64,000 nt of DNA, from contig CACNRI010000003.1 in NCBI GenBank assembly GCA_902622845.1, forward strand, positions 42,080 to 106,079. Direction: 5' to 3'. The first letter of the stretch is position 1. The number at the start of each line of letters is the position of its first letter. Below are positions 38,794-46,700 of this stretch, in pieces. The notes beneath the pieces were generated by a model. It ran no database searches. It worked only from the letters and a program-made list of their open reading frames with translations, and was not told where the DNA came from. The DNA is from an uncultured SAR86 cluster bacterium. GTDB taxonomy: Bacteria > Pseudomonadota > Gammaproteobacteria > Magnimaribacterales > D2472. The translations under genes were made by a program, and so were the position numbers.

Positions 38794-39719
38794 GTATATT
38801 AGTAGTAGCAGAACATGATAATAGTGAAATTAAAGGTTCAACCCTTAACACGGTAACAGCTGCATCAGAAATTGGTGGAGATGTATCAATATTAGTTGCT
38901 GGATCAGAATCATCATCAGTTGCAGAACAAGCTGCTAAGATTTCTGGTATTAGTTCAGTTATTCATGTTGACGATCCTATATATAAAAACTTCTTGGCTG
39001 AAGATTTAGGTAACCTAGTTGTTTCTGTTGCAGACGGATTTAATTATATACTCGCACCTGCAACAACTTTTGGTAAGAATTTTCTTCCCAGAGTCGCAGC
39101 TAAATTAGACGTTCAACAGATATCAGATATCATTTCAGTTGAAGATGCTGACACATTTAAAAGACCAATTTACGCAGGAAGTTGCATTGCAACTGTTAAA
39201 TCAACTGATTCTGTCAAGGTAATAACTGTAAGAACAACAGCCTTTGATGCATCACCCATGGTAGATTCATCAGTAAATGTTGATCTTGGTGCTGTTGTTG
39301 ATTCTTTAAATAACTCTAAATTTGTTAGCGATGAAATTGCTGAGAGTGATAGACCAGAACTTACAGCTGCTGATGTAATTGTTTCTGGTGGAAGAGCATT
39401 AGGCTCATCTGAAAATTTTAAAATCATCGAAGCACTTGCTGATAAATTGGGAGCCGCAGTAGGAGCCTCAAGGGCCGCTGTTGATGCTGGCTATGTTCCA
39501 AATGATTATCAAGTTGGACAAACAGGTAAAATAGTTGCACCTTCATTATATATAGCTATTGGCATTTCCGGCGCTATTCAACATTTAGCTGGAATGAAGG
39601 ACTCTAAGGTAATAGTTGCTATTAATAAAGATGAAGATGCACCAATTTTTCAGGTTGCAGACTATGGTCTTGTCGGTGATTTATTTGAAGCAGTTCCTGA
39701 ATTAACTGACTCTGTGTAA
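38790..39719 (+). CDS. etfA: electron transfer flavoprotein subunit alpha
   Basis: VSGGRALGS..., [40 protein letters not shown]. Confidence 0.95.
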   Translation: MSILVVAEHDNSEIKGSTLNTVTAASEIGGDVSILVAGSESSSVAEQAAKISGISSVIHVDDPIYKNFLAEDLGNLVVSVADGFNYILAPATTFGKNFLPRVAAKLDVQQISDIISVEDADTFKRPIYAGSCIATVKSTDSVKVITVRTTAFDASPMVDSSVNVDLGAVVDSLNNSKFVSDEIAESDRPELTAADVIVSGGRALGSSENFKIIEALADKLGAAVGASRAAVDAGYVPNDYQVGQTGKIVAPSLYIAIGISGAIQHLAGMKDSKVIVAINKDEDAPIFQVADYGLVGDLFEAVPELTDSV

Positions 39720-39723
39720 TTAG

Positions 39724-40458
39724 ATGGAATTCCTCTTTCAGGGGTTATCTCAAGAAACCTTATGGCTAGTAGTAGTTTTTTATGACTTGTTACTAGTTGT
39801 AGTTCTTTATAAATTTTTTGGAAAATATGGTTTATATACAGCTGTAATTTTAGGCATTATTCTGGGCAATCTTCAAGGTGGTAAGGTTTCTGAATTTGTT
39901 ATTTTTAATGCTACGTTTACTGTAAGTATGGGTGCAATCCTTTATTCAGGAATTTATTTTTCAACAGACCTACTAAATGAAAAATATGGTAAAACTGAAG
40001 CTAACAGGGCAGTTAATCTTGGATTTTTTGCAAACATTGCTGTCCTATTAACACTCCTTTTAAGTTTACTATTCAAACCCTCTGATTTAACTGGTTCAGC
40101 ATTAGAAGTTCATAATGCTCTATCAGTCATCGCCTCATATTCACCAGCTTTTATAATAGGTTCTCTGACTGCTTACTTTATAAGTCAAAAATTTGATGTT
40201 TGGTTTTTCAATTATCTTAAAACTATTACACAAGGTAAATATCTTTGGTTGAGGAATAATCTTTCAACTATTACTTCACAATTACTAGATACCTTTATTT
40301 ATACTTTTACCTGGGTGATAGCAACAGACTTGAGTATATACGAGGCTTTTTACATAGCTTTATCAAAATATATTTTTAAAATATTTATTGCGTTGATAGA
40401 TACAATATTTATTTATGGTGTTAGGAATATAAATCCGTTAGTTAAAAATGACGAATAG
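39724..40458 (+). CDS. yhhQ: queuosine-precursor transporter (YhhQ / VUT, DUF165 family)
   Basis: Multi-TM. YFSTDLLNEKYGKTEANRAV and SQKFDVWFFNYLK blocks resemble the DUF165 family. Confidence 0.65.
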   Translation: MEFLFQGLSQETLWLVVVFYDLLLVVVLYKFFGKYGLYTAVILGIILGNLQGGKVSEFVIFNATFTVSMGAILYSGIYFSTDLLNEKYGKTEANRAVNLGFFANIAVLLTLLLSLLFKPSDLTGSALEVHNALSVIASYSPAFIIGSLTAYFISQKFDVWFFNYLKTITQGKYLWLRNNLSTITSQLLDTFIYTFTWVIATDLSIYEAFYIALSKYIFKIFIALIDTIFIYGVRNINPLVKNDE

Positions 40459-41218
40459 GTCCATTACCTAAACCAAAATTAGGGGCTTTTTTAATACCAT
40501 TTTGAACATATTCAATAGAAATTCTTATTGAATCTTTTAAATTAATTCCTAAACCTATGTTTGTAGCTATTGCTGATGCTAAAGAACAGCCTGTTCCATG
40601 GGTATTTGTACTATTAATTTTTTTAGATTCAAATATATGTTCGTCACCATTAGAAGTAATCAAGACATCACTTATATTGTCTGAATTTCCATGACCGCCT
40701 TTTACTAATACATTTTTACATTCAAGTTTTAATAATTTCTTTCCTGCATCTATCTGATCTTCAAGATTATTAATTTTCTTCCCACTAAGAATTTCAGCTT
40801 CATGTATGTTGGGAGTTATTAAAAAAGATTTACTAACTAGATTACTTTTAATTGAAGTTATTACTTCATCACTAACAAGAACATCTCCTGATGTAGCTAC
40901 CATAACTGGATCTAAAACAATTTTGTGGTTAGAGATGTTCATACTTATATATTCAATAATTTCTTCATCAGCTAACATTCCTATTTTTATAACATCAGGC
41001 GTTAGGTCATTATTAATAGAATTAATTTGATCTATGACTATTTGCTTTGGTAAAGGATATATTGATTGAACGCCAATTGTGTTTTGTGCCGTGATAGCTG
41101 TAACCACAGTCATTGCATATCCTTTGAAAAATGAAGTTGTCTTAATATCTGCTTGAATTCCAGCTCCACCGCCTGAATCTGACCCCGCAATAATAAGAAC
41201 TTTTGGTATAAACGACAT
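40442..41218 (-). CDS. thiD: hydroxymethylpyrimidine/phosphomethylpyrimidine kinase
   Basis: IAGSDSGGGAGIQADIKT, KIGML, VLDPVMVATSG, HGTGCSLASAIA. Confidence 0.9.
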   Translation of the reverse strand: MSFIPKVLIIAGSDSGGGAGIQADIKTTSFFKGYAMTVVTAITAQNTIGVQSIYPLPKQIVIDQINSINNDLTPDVIKIGMLADEEIIEYISMNISNHKIVLDPVMVATSGDVLVSDEVITSIKSNLVSKSFLITPNIHEAEILSGKKINNLEDQIDAGKKLLKLECKNVLVKGGHGNSDNISDVLITSNGDEHIFESKKINSTNTHGTGCSLASAIATNIGLGINLKDSIRISIEYVQNGIKKAPNFGLGNGPIRHF

Positions 41219-41228
41219 TTTGTGATTA

Positions 41229-41259
41229 TAAAAAAAACGCCTATCGAAAGATAGGCGTT
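41229..41259 (-). terminator. Rho-independent terminator of the 41279-41716 gene
   Basis: Perfect 10-bp stem AACGCCTATC / GATAGGCGTT (41236-41245 / 41250-41259) with a GAAA loop. On the minus strand it is followed by a T8 run (plus-strand A-run 41230-41237). Confidence 0.75.
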
Positions 41260-41278
41260 AGTGGATTGAAATAACTAA

Positions 41279-41716
41279 CTAGTCGTTTGTATTAACCCAT
41301 AGGGGAATAACAGCAATACCAAGAGCAGCTACTAGCATTAACATGCCACCAACTTTTCCTATCATATTACCGCCTTCTGCCATTGCAGCTACAAATGCTT
41401 GTGAGCCGGGCCCTATGTCTATATCTCCATTAGCTGCATCAAGTGTTGATAATGCTAATGCATGACCTTCAAATAGACCACTAATATTTCCATACACAAC
41501 TAAACCAGATAGAAACACTCCAACAGCAAAAGCTGTTACGAATATTTTTCCTAGTAAATTAACATTTTTTTCTAATGAAACACTGCTAAATCTAGCTGCA
41601 ACCCATAATGCTAAAACTATAGCAAGAAATCCGGTAGCATTTGCAGTTCTTCCAGCTGCAAACGCATCCCACATTGCTATTTCCGCCATTGCGCTTTGAA
41701 CTAAAGCTTCTTCCAT
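41279..41716 (-). CDS. Ala/Gly-rich integral membrane protein, unknown function
   Basis: 145 aa, about three TM. Perfect SD AAGGAGG (41723-41729) lies 6 nt from the ATG, with an intrinsic terminator downstream. Noticeably higher G+C than its neighbours. Confidence 0.7.
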   Translation of the reverse strand: MEEALVQSAMAEIAMWDAFAAGRTANATGFLAIVLALWVAARFSSVSLEKNVNLLGKIFVTAFAVGVFLSGLVVYGNISGLFEGHALALSTLDAANGDIDIGPGSQAFVAAMAEGGNMIGKVGGMLMLVAALGIAVIPLWVNTND

Positions 41717-41807
41717 TTTATTCCTCCTTAAATGTGAAGTAAGTATTTATTCTACACATTTATAATTATTATTTAAATTATGTGAAATTAAAGTAACATG
41801 TATATCT

Positions 41808-42332
41808 ATGAACTCTGATTTAATCATTCTCATCGTTCAGATAATAGCAGCACTTGGTGTAGTTATATCTGTTGTTTATTTAGGAGTTCAAATTCATCAA
41901 CAAAATGAAATAACAAAAGCTCAGTTTGGCCATTCTTTAACACAAAGGCAGTACGAAAGATATTTTCATACAGCAAAGGATGGAAATTATGCAGAATTTC
42001 TTGCCAAAGATTGGTCGTCAGATTCGCTTAGTGATGGTGATAGATGGAGAGCTGCAATGTTTATAGTTATGTGTTTAGTTGATGTTTTTGATGTTTATGA
42101 AAAAGTTAAGAAAGGTTTTGTTGATAAAAAACATTTAGATATACGAATGAATGCACTTAAGTTTGGAACTATGAAAACAGACGCGGCGAGAAATACATGG
42201 GATTTTTGGAAATTGACAAGAGATGATGAGTTTATAAACTGGTTTGAGAATGAGATATACGGTGAGGAAACACTTGATAAAGAATCACTTAAAGAAACAG
42301 CTGGTGATGCTTTTAATAAAAGCCTTAGATAA
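41808..42332 (+). CDS. N-terminally membrane-anchored protein, unknown function
   Basis: 174 aa, single N-terminal TM (LIILIVQIIAALGVVISVVYLGV), then a charged soluble domain. No family recognised. Confidence 0.55.
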   Translation: MNSDLIILIVQIIAALGVVISVVYLGVQIHQQNEITKAQFGHSLTQRQYERYFHTAKDGNYAEFLAKDWSSDSLSDGDRWRAAMFIVMCLVDVFDVYEKVKKGFVDKKHLDIRMNALKFGTMKTDAARNTWDFWKLTRDDEFINWFENEIYGEETLDKESLKETAGDAFNKSLR

Positions 42333-42334
42333 AA

Positions 42335-43201
42335 TTATTTTACAAACCACATAAAAAGCTGCGGCGTCTTATCCATATATTCTTTATATTCAGATCTTCT
42401 CTTGAGACTCCTGTTATCCATCATAGGGCATGAAATAAATACGAATAAAGCTAACATAACTATTGGGCAAGCTAATAACCATATAGTGGTTAATCCTGAA
42501 GCAAGTGCAAAGATATATATTCCAAACCAAAAACTTACTTCACCTAAATAGTTAGGATGTCTTGAATATTTCCAAAGTCCATATTTCATTGTTTTACCTA
42601 AATTACTCTTATCTTTTCTGAATTTTCTCATTTGGTCATCTGAAATATATTGAATAACAACCGCAATGATGATTATTACAAAACCTACATATACAAGTTC
42701 ATTCAGACTTTCAGAATTAAGAGCCACATAAATAGGGTAAAGACTTACATTTACAATTAGAGTCGGAATTAGATGTATTCCAAAAAGATCATTGATAAAA
42801 GCCATGAATTTATTATTGTTTTTTAAATCTATATATCTAAAGTCTTCATGATCAAGATTATTCCAATTGAGATACCAGTTGTAAGTGAGTCTCAACGCCC
42901 AAAATAAAAAAGCTGCTAAAACTAAATTGAGTTCTAAGGTTGGTAGAGATGATTGTTTAGCAATATAAAAGACTATGGGTATTGGTGCTACATGCCAAAA
43001 GGGATCATAAATACTTGAATTTTTATGTACGTTAGAAAATAAAAAAATTATTAATGTAGCAGACACATGCCAAACTAATATATATAACCAACCATCAAAA
43101 TTAAAATTTTTAGTGACTAAATATGCGAGGTAGAAAGAAATTACATAATAGAAAAATACTAATGCAAGACTTCCATTTTTGGATTTAATGAGATTCTGCA
43201 A
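42335..43201 (-). CDS. DUF1295 family membrane protein (steroid 5-alpha-reductase / ICMT-like fold)
   Basis: GLWKYSRHPNYLGEVSFWFG motif, multi-TM. Confidence 0.8.
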   Translation of the reverse strand: MQNLIKSKNGSLALVFFYYVISFYLAYLVTKNFNFDGWLYILVWHVSATLIIFLFSNVHKNSSIYDPFWHVAPIPIVFYIAKQSSLPTLELNLVLAAFLFWALRLTYNWYLNWNNLDHEDFRYIDLKNNNKFMAFINDLFGIHLIPTLIVNVSLYPIYVALNSESLNELVYVGFVIIIIAVVIQYISDDQMRKFRKDKSNLGKTMKYGLWKYSRHPNYLGEVSFWFGIYIFALASGLTTIWLLACPIVMLALFVFISCPMMDNRSLKRRSEYKEYMDKTPQLFMWFVK

Positions 43202-44675
43202 AACTTTCTAAGGATGATCTAAGTTCTTTGTCATTTAAATGAAATAATGAGATTTCATCTTTCCAATTAAGATCTTTAAATTTTTGAATACCCATTTCAT
43301 ACCAACTATCTTTCATATATTCAATATTTTGTTTAGTTTTTATGTACATATAAATAAACCAATCTTGAAAATCATGTTCTTCTATCTGGTTAAATATTTC
43401 ATCACATTTCTTATAATCCCCATTTAGATAATATGCTAAAAATAATTTTTTTAATGGTCTATCTGAATTACTATCCATTGCTGGTATTGGTTCTAATTTA
43501 TACATCTTTTCAAATACTTTGATACCACTTTCAACCTCACCATTCCTGATAAGAGCATCTCCATATATTGATAATACAAAAGGATGATTCGGATTCGCAT
43601 TGTATGCTTTTGTTGCATAGATTTTGCTTTGTTGAAAATTTTGAAGCGTCAAATTTGCTTCTCCTAAAATCCTATTTGTATTCCAGTCATTTTCATTAAG
43701 CTCATTAGCTTTGCTTAGAGAGCCTAAAAATTCTTCCATATTTTCATCATTTCGTTCTCTAAAACCTAATGTCATTGCTTGACCAAGTGTACAGGCTTTC
43801 CAAGAATAGGGGAGTGCATTAGTATTATCAGCTTCGATCGCTGCATCTAGCATTTTAATAGCTTCAGCATTTGCCTCTTTATCAAATTTCTGATTTAGAG
43901 CTCTACCTTTGAGCGTATATTCATAAGAAGTCATATTTTCTGTAGGTTTCCTATGTGCTCTCTTTAGACTAGTTATTTCAATTTCTCCCACAATGCATCT
44001 AATAATTTTTGTAACTATCTCGTCTTGAATTTCAAAAATATCTGTATTAATTCGATCATACTTGTTACTCCAAATAACTCTATCGTCATTCATGTCGCTT
44101 AATTCAACTGATATACGCAGCCTATCATTTGAAGACCTAATAGATCCTGAAACAATGAAATCAAAACCCCATTCATCCTTAAATGACTGAGATGTATAGT
44201 CTTTGCCCTTAAATCCAAAACAGGTTTTTCTTGTAGCTACAGATATCTCTTTAACCATAGATAGTTCAGTTATTAAATCCTCAACAATACCATCGACAAG
44301 AAACTCTCCATCATTATCATTATTTAAGTTTTCAAAAGGTATTAACCCTATTTTTGGCCTGTAATCATCAATTGTGGAATTGTTTTCATCAAAGTTCTTT
44401 AAGGTTTCCTTATCAATAGATTTTCTCTTAGTTAAATATGAAATTATTAGAACAACAGGGAATAATATCAAGACACAAATAAATAGTATTTGCATAAAGG
44501 ATTCGGTGGATATACCAAGCATTGATTGAGTAGATAGGTTATCTGTGACAATACTTGCGACTTGAATAAGACCAAAAGATGCAACAGCATATCCAGCAGA
44601 TGTTTTAACAAGAATACTTCCGATATTTTTGAGCTTTATTCTGATAAAGTGGAATGCAATCTTTAGCTTATTCAT
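43185..44675 (-). CDS. membrane protein with TolB-N-like domain and TPR repeats
   Basis: Two N-terminal hydrophobic spans. IGLIPFENLNNDNDGEFLVDGIVEDLITELS...FIVSGSIR...LRISVELSD is the TolB-N-like module seen beside TPRs in cyclase/regulator C-termini. TPR-like helices follow. Confidence 0.6.
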   Translation of the reverse strand: MNKLKIAFHFIRIKLKNIGSILVKTSAGYAVASFGLIQVASIVTDNLSTQSMLGISTESFMQILFICVLILFPVVLIISYLTKRKSIDKETLKNFDENNSTIDDYRPKIGLIPFENLNNDNDGEFLVDGIVEDLITELSMVKEISVATRKTCFGFKGKDYTSQSFKDEWGFDFIVSGSIRSSNDRLRISVELSDMNDDRVIWSNKYDRINTDIFEIQDEIVTKIIRCIVGEIEITSLKRAHRKPTENMTSYEYTLKGRALNQKFDKEANAEAIKMLDAAIEADNTNALPYSWKACTLGQAMTLGFRERNDENMEEFLGSLSKANELNENDWNTNRILGEANLTLQNFQQSKIYATKAYNANPNHPFVLSIYGDALIRNGEVESGIKVFEKMYKLEPIPAMDSNSDRPLKKLFLAYYLNGDYKKCDEIFNQIEEHDFQDWFIYMYIKTKQNIEYMKDSWYEMGIQKFKDLNWKDEISLFHLNDKELRSSLESFAESH

Positions 44676-44797
44676 CTTAATATAATAATAAAAAATTAAA
44701 CCAATAGAAAATATTTGGGATTTAACTTATCCGCTTTTCTATCGGAAGTAGTGCTTTTAATATCATTTTTAGTTTCGACAGGCTTATAATTATATTA

Positions 44798-46195
44798 ATG
44801 AAGTATCCCTCTATAACCGAACTCGTCTTACGTGATGGTCAACAATCATTGATTGCCACAAGAATGCGTCTGTCTGATATGACACCAATTCTCTCAAAGC
44901 TTGATAATATTGGATTTTCTTCGTTGGAAGTGTGGGGTGGAGCAACATATGATTGTTGTCTTCGATTCTTGAATGAAGATCCTTGGAAAAGATTAAGTGT
45001 TATTAAATCTAATGTTAAAAAGACTAAGCTTCAAATGCTTTTAAGAGGAAAAAATCTTGTTGGATATAAGAAATATGATGATTCTGTAATTGATTTATTT
45101 ATTAAGGAATCATCTAAAAACGGTATAGATATTTTTAGAATATTTGATGCCCTCAATGACATTAACAACATTCTCTATTCTATAGAATGTGTCAACAAGT
45201 ATGGATCTAATTCACAAGGCACAATATCTTACACAACGAGTCCTATTCATAATGATAAATATTGGTTGAAATTAGCTAAAGATATTGAGGACGCAGGTGC
45301 TAAATCTCTTGGTATAAAAGATATGGCGGGTTTATTAAAACCAAAAACTGCATATAGTCTTGTCAAAAAACTTAAAAAGAATCTAAATATTCCAATTCAT
45401 CTGCATACACACGCAACAACCGGTCTAGCAGATGCAACTAATTTTAAGGCTTTTGAAGCAGGAGTAGATAACATTGATACATCTATATCATCTTTTTCTA
45501 ATTTGTATGCCCATACTGCTACAGAAAGCCTTATATCTATGATCTATGATGAAGACGAAAATCCTTTTAATATGAATGAATTAGCTGAAATATCAGATTA
45601 TTTCCAAAATATTAGAAACAAATATAGTAAATATGAAGGTTCGATGAAGGGTGTCGATATAAAAATGCTCATAAACCAAGTGCCCGGTGGTATGTTAAGT
45701 ATTTTAGAAAAACAATTATTTGACATTAATAAATTAGATAAATTAGATGATTTAATAAAAGAGATACCAGAAATTAGGAAAGATGTTGGATATATCCCAC
45801 TTGTAACACCAACATCTCAAATTATAGGTGCTCAAGCACTTTTAAATGTTTTAGATAATTCTCGTTATAAGAATCTAAACAAGGAATTCATTGATTTAGT
45901 AAATGGTAAATATGGAAAAATACCCGGCGAAGTCAATAAATCATTATTAAAAATAATTGATTCTAAAAATTATGAAGAAACTTCAACTTCATTAACTGTA
46001 AATGACGCACGTCTGGAATTTAAAAAGTTCTGTAAAGATAACAGTCTTAAGGATTTATATAATAACAATACCGATCTCTTAAACTATATTCTGTTCCCTA
46101 AGGAATCAAAAGATTTTTACAACAAGTCAACATCAATGAGCATGAATGATCTTATAGAGCTACAAGAAGGTTTTGGCTTTTATCTATCAGATTAA
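44798..46195 (+). CDS. oxaloacetate decarboxylase alpha / transcarboxylase 5S-type carboxyltransferase, without biotinyl domain
   Basis: LRDGQQS, GIKDMAGLLKP (carbamylated-Lys context), IHLHTHATTGLA metal ligands, LNYILFPKESKDFY. The protein ends right after the block that normally precedes the linker and the EAMKM biotinyl domain. Confidence 0.85.
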   Translation: MKYPSITELVLRDGQQSLIATRMRLSDMTPILSKLDNIGFSSLEVWGGATYDCCLRFLNEDPWKRLSVIKSNVKKTKLQMLLRGKNLVGYKKYDDSVIDLFIKESSKNGIDIFRIFDALNDINNILYSIECVNKYGSNSQGTISYTTSPIHNDKYWLKLAKDIEDAGAKSLGIKDMAGLLKPKTAYSLVKKLKKNLNIPIHLHTHATTGLADATNFKAFEAGVDNIDTSISSFSNLYAHTATESLISMIYDEDENPFNMNELAEISDYFQNIRNKYSKYEGSMKGVDIKMLINQVPGGMLSILEKQLFDINKLDKLDDLIKEIPEIRKDVGYIPLVTPTSQIIGAQALLNVLDNSRYKNLNKEFIDLVNGKYGKIPGEVNKSLLKIIDSKNYEETSTSLTVNDARLEFKKFCKDNSLKDLYNNNTDLLNYILFPKESKDFYNKSTSMSMNDLIELQEGFGFYLSD

Positions 46196-46267
46196 TAAAC
46201 ATTTTTGATAATTTTTATTTATTTAATCTTACTATTGTATTATTTTAGTATCAGGAGGAATTATCAA

Positions 46268-46666
46268 ATGAAAAAATTATTATCTATATCATTAATGTCA
46301 TTATCATTTTTTGTTTTATCTGATGATGAGCCAACATTTCCAGGCTTGATATCAAGCGATGTATTCAATATGGGAAATGGGATGGTAATGCACGTTGAAA
46401 GAAGGAACTCTTGCAATCAAGATGGGACACCAAAACATTTTCATCCAGCTGCTGGGACACTTGTATACGTGCTTGATGGCACTTCACAATCTAAATCGAC
46501 AGGTGATTGGAAAGAATATAATAAAAATGAATATTGGTTTGAAAGATCTGATTGGGTCCACGGTGGCGAGGAAGACACACCTTCATTGCCTGAAGGAACT
46601 TGTCAAAAACTCTTAGTTATAAGGGTAGCGGAAGAGGGCAAAGATCACACAATTTTTATTGATTAA
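46268..46666 (+). CDS. secreted cupin-domain protein
   Basis: AGGAGG lies 9 nt upstream of ATG 46268. Signal peptide MKKLLSISLMSLSFFVLS. PKHFHPAAGTLVYVLDGT is a cupin motif. The track start at 46205 was rejected. Confidence 0.6.
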   Translation: MKKLLSISLMSLSFFVLSDDEPTFPGLISSDVFNMGNGMVMHVERRNSCNQDGTPKHFHPAAGTLVYVLDGTSQSKSTGDWKEYNKNEYWFERSDWVHGGEEDTPSLPEGTCQKLLVIRVAEEGKDHTIFID

Positions 46667-46673
46667 TTTAATT

Positions 46674-46700
46674 AAAAGCTCTCTTTAGAGAGCTTTTTTT
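46674..46700. terminator. bidirectional intrinsic terminator between convergent genes
   Basis: AAAAGCTCTC TTTA GAGAGCTTTT (46674-46683 / 46688-46697). A T-run follows on the plus strand and a shorter T-run on the minus strand. It lies between the stops at 46666 (+) and 46699 (-). Confidence 0.7.

Noticed and set aside
41219-41278. TPP riboswitch upstream of thiD, and preQ1 riboswitch upstream of the yhhQ-like gene at 39720-39723
   Set aside because: The thiD upstream spacer is 60 nt and is fully explained by the terminator hairpin of the preceding gene. The yhhQ-like gene starts 4 nt after etfA. Neither leaves room for a riboswitch aptamer, and no conserved riboswitch cores were seen.
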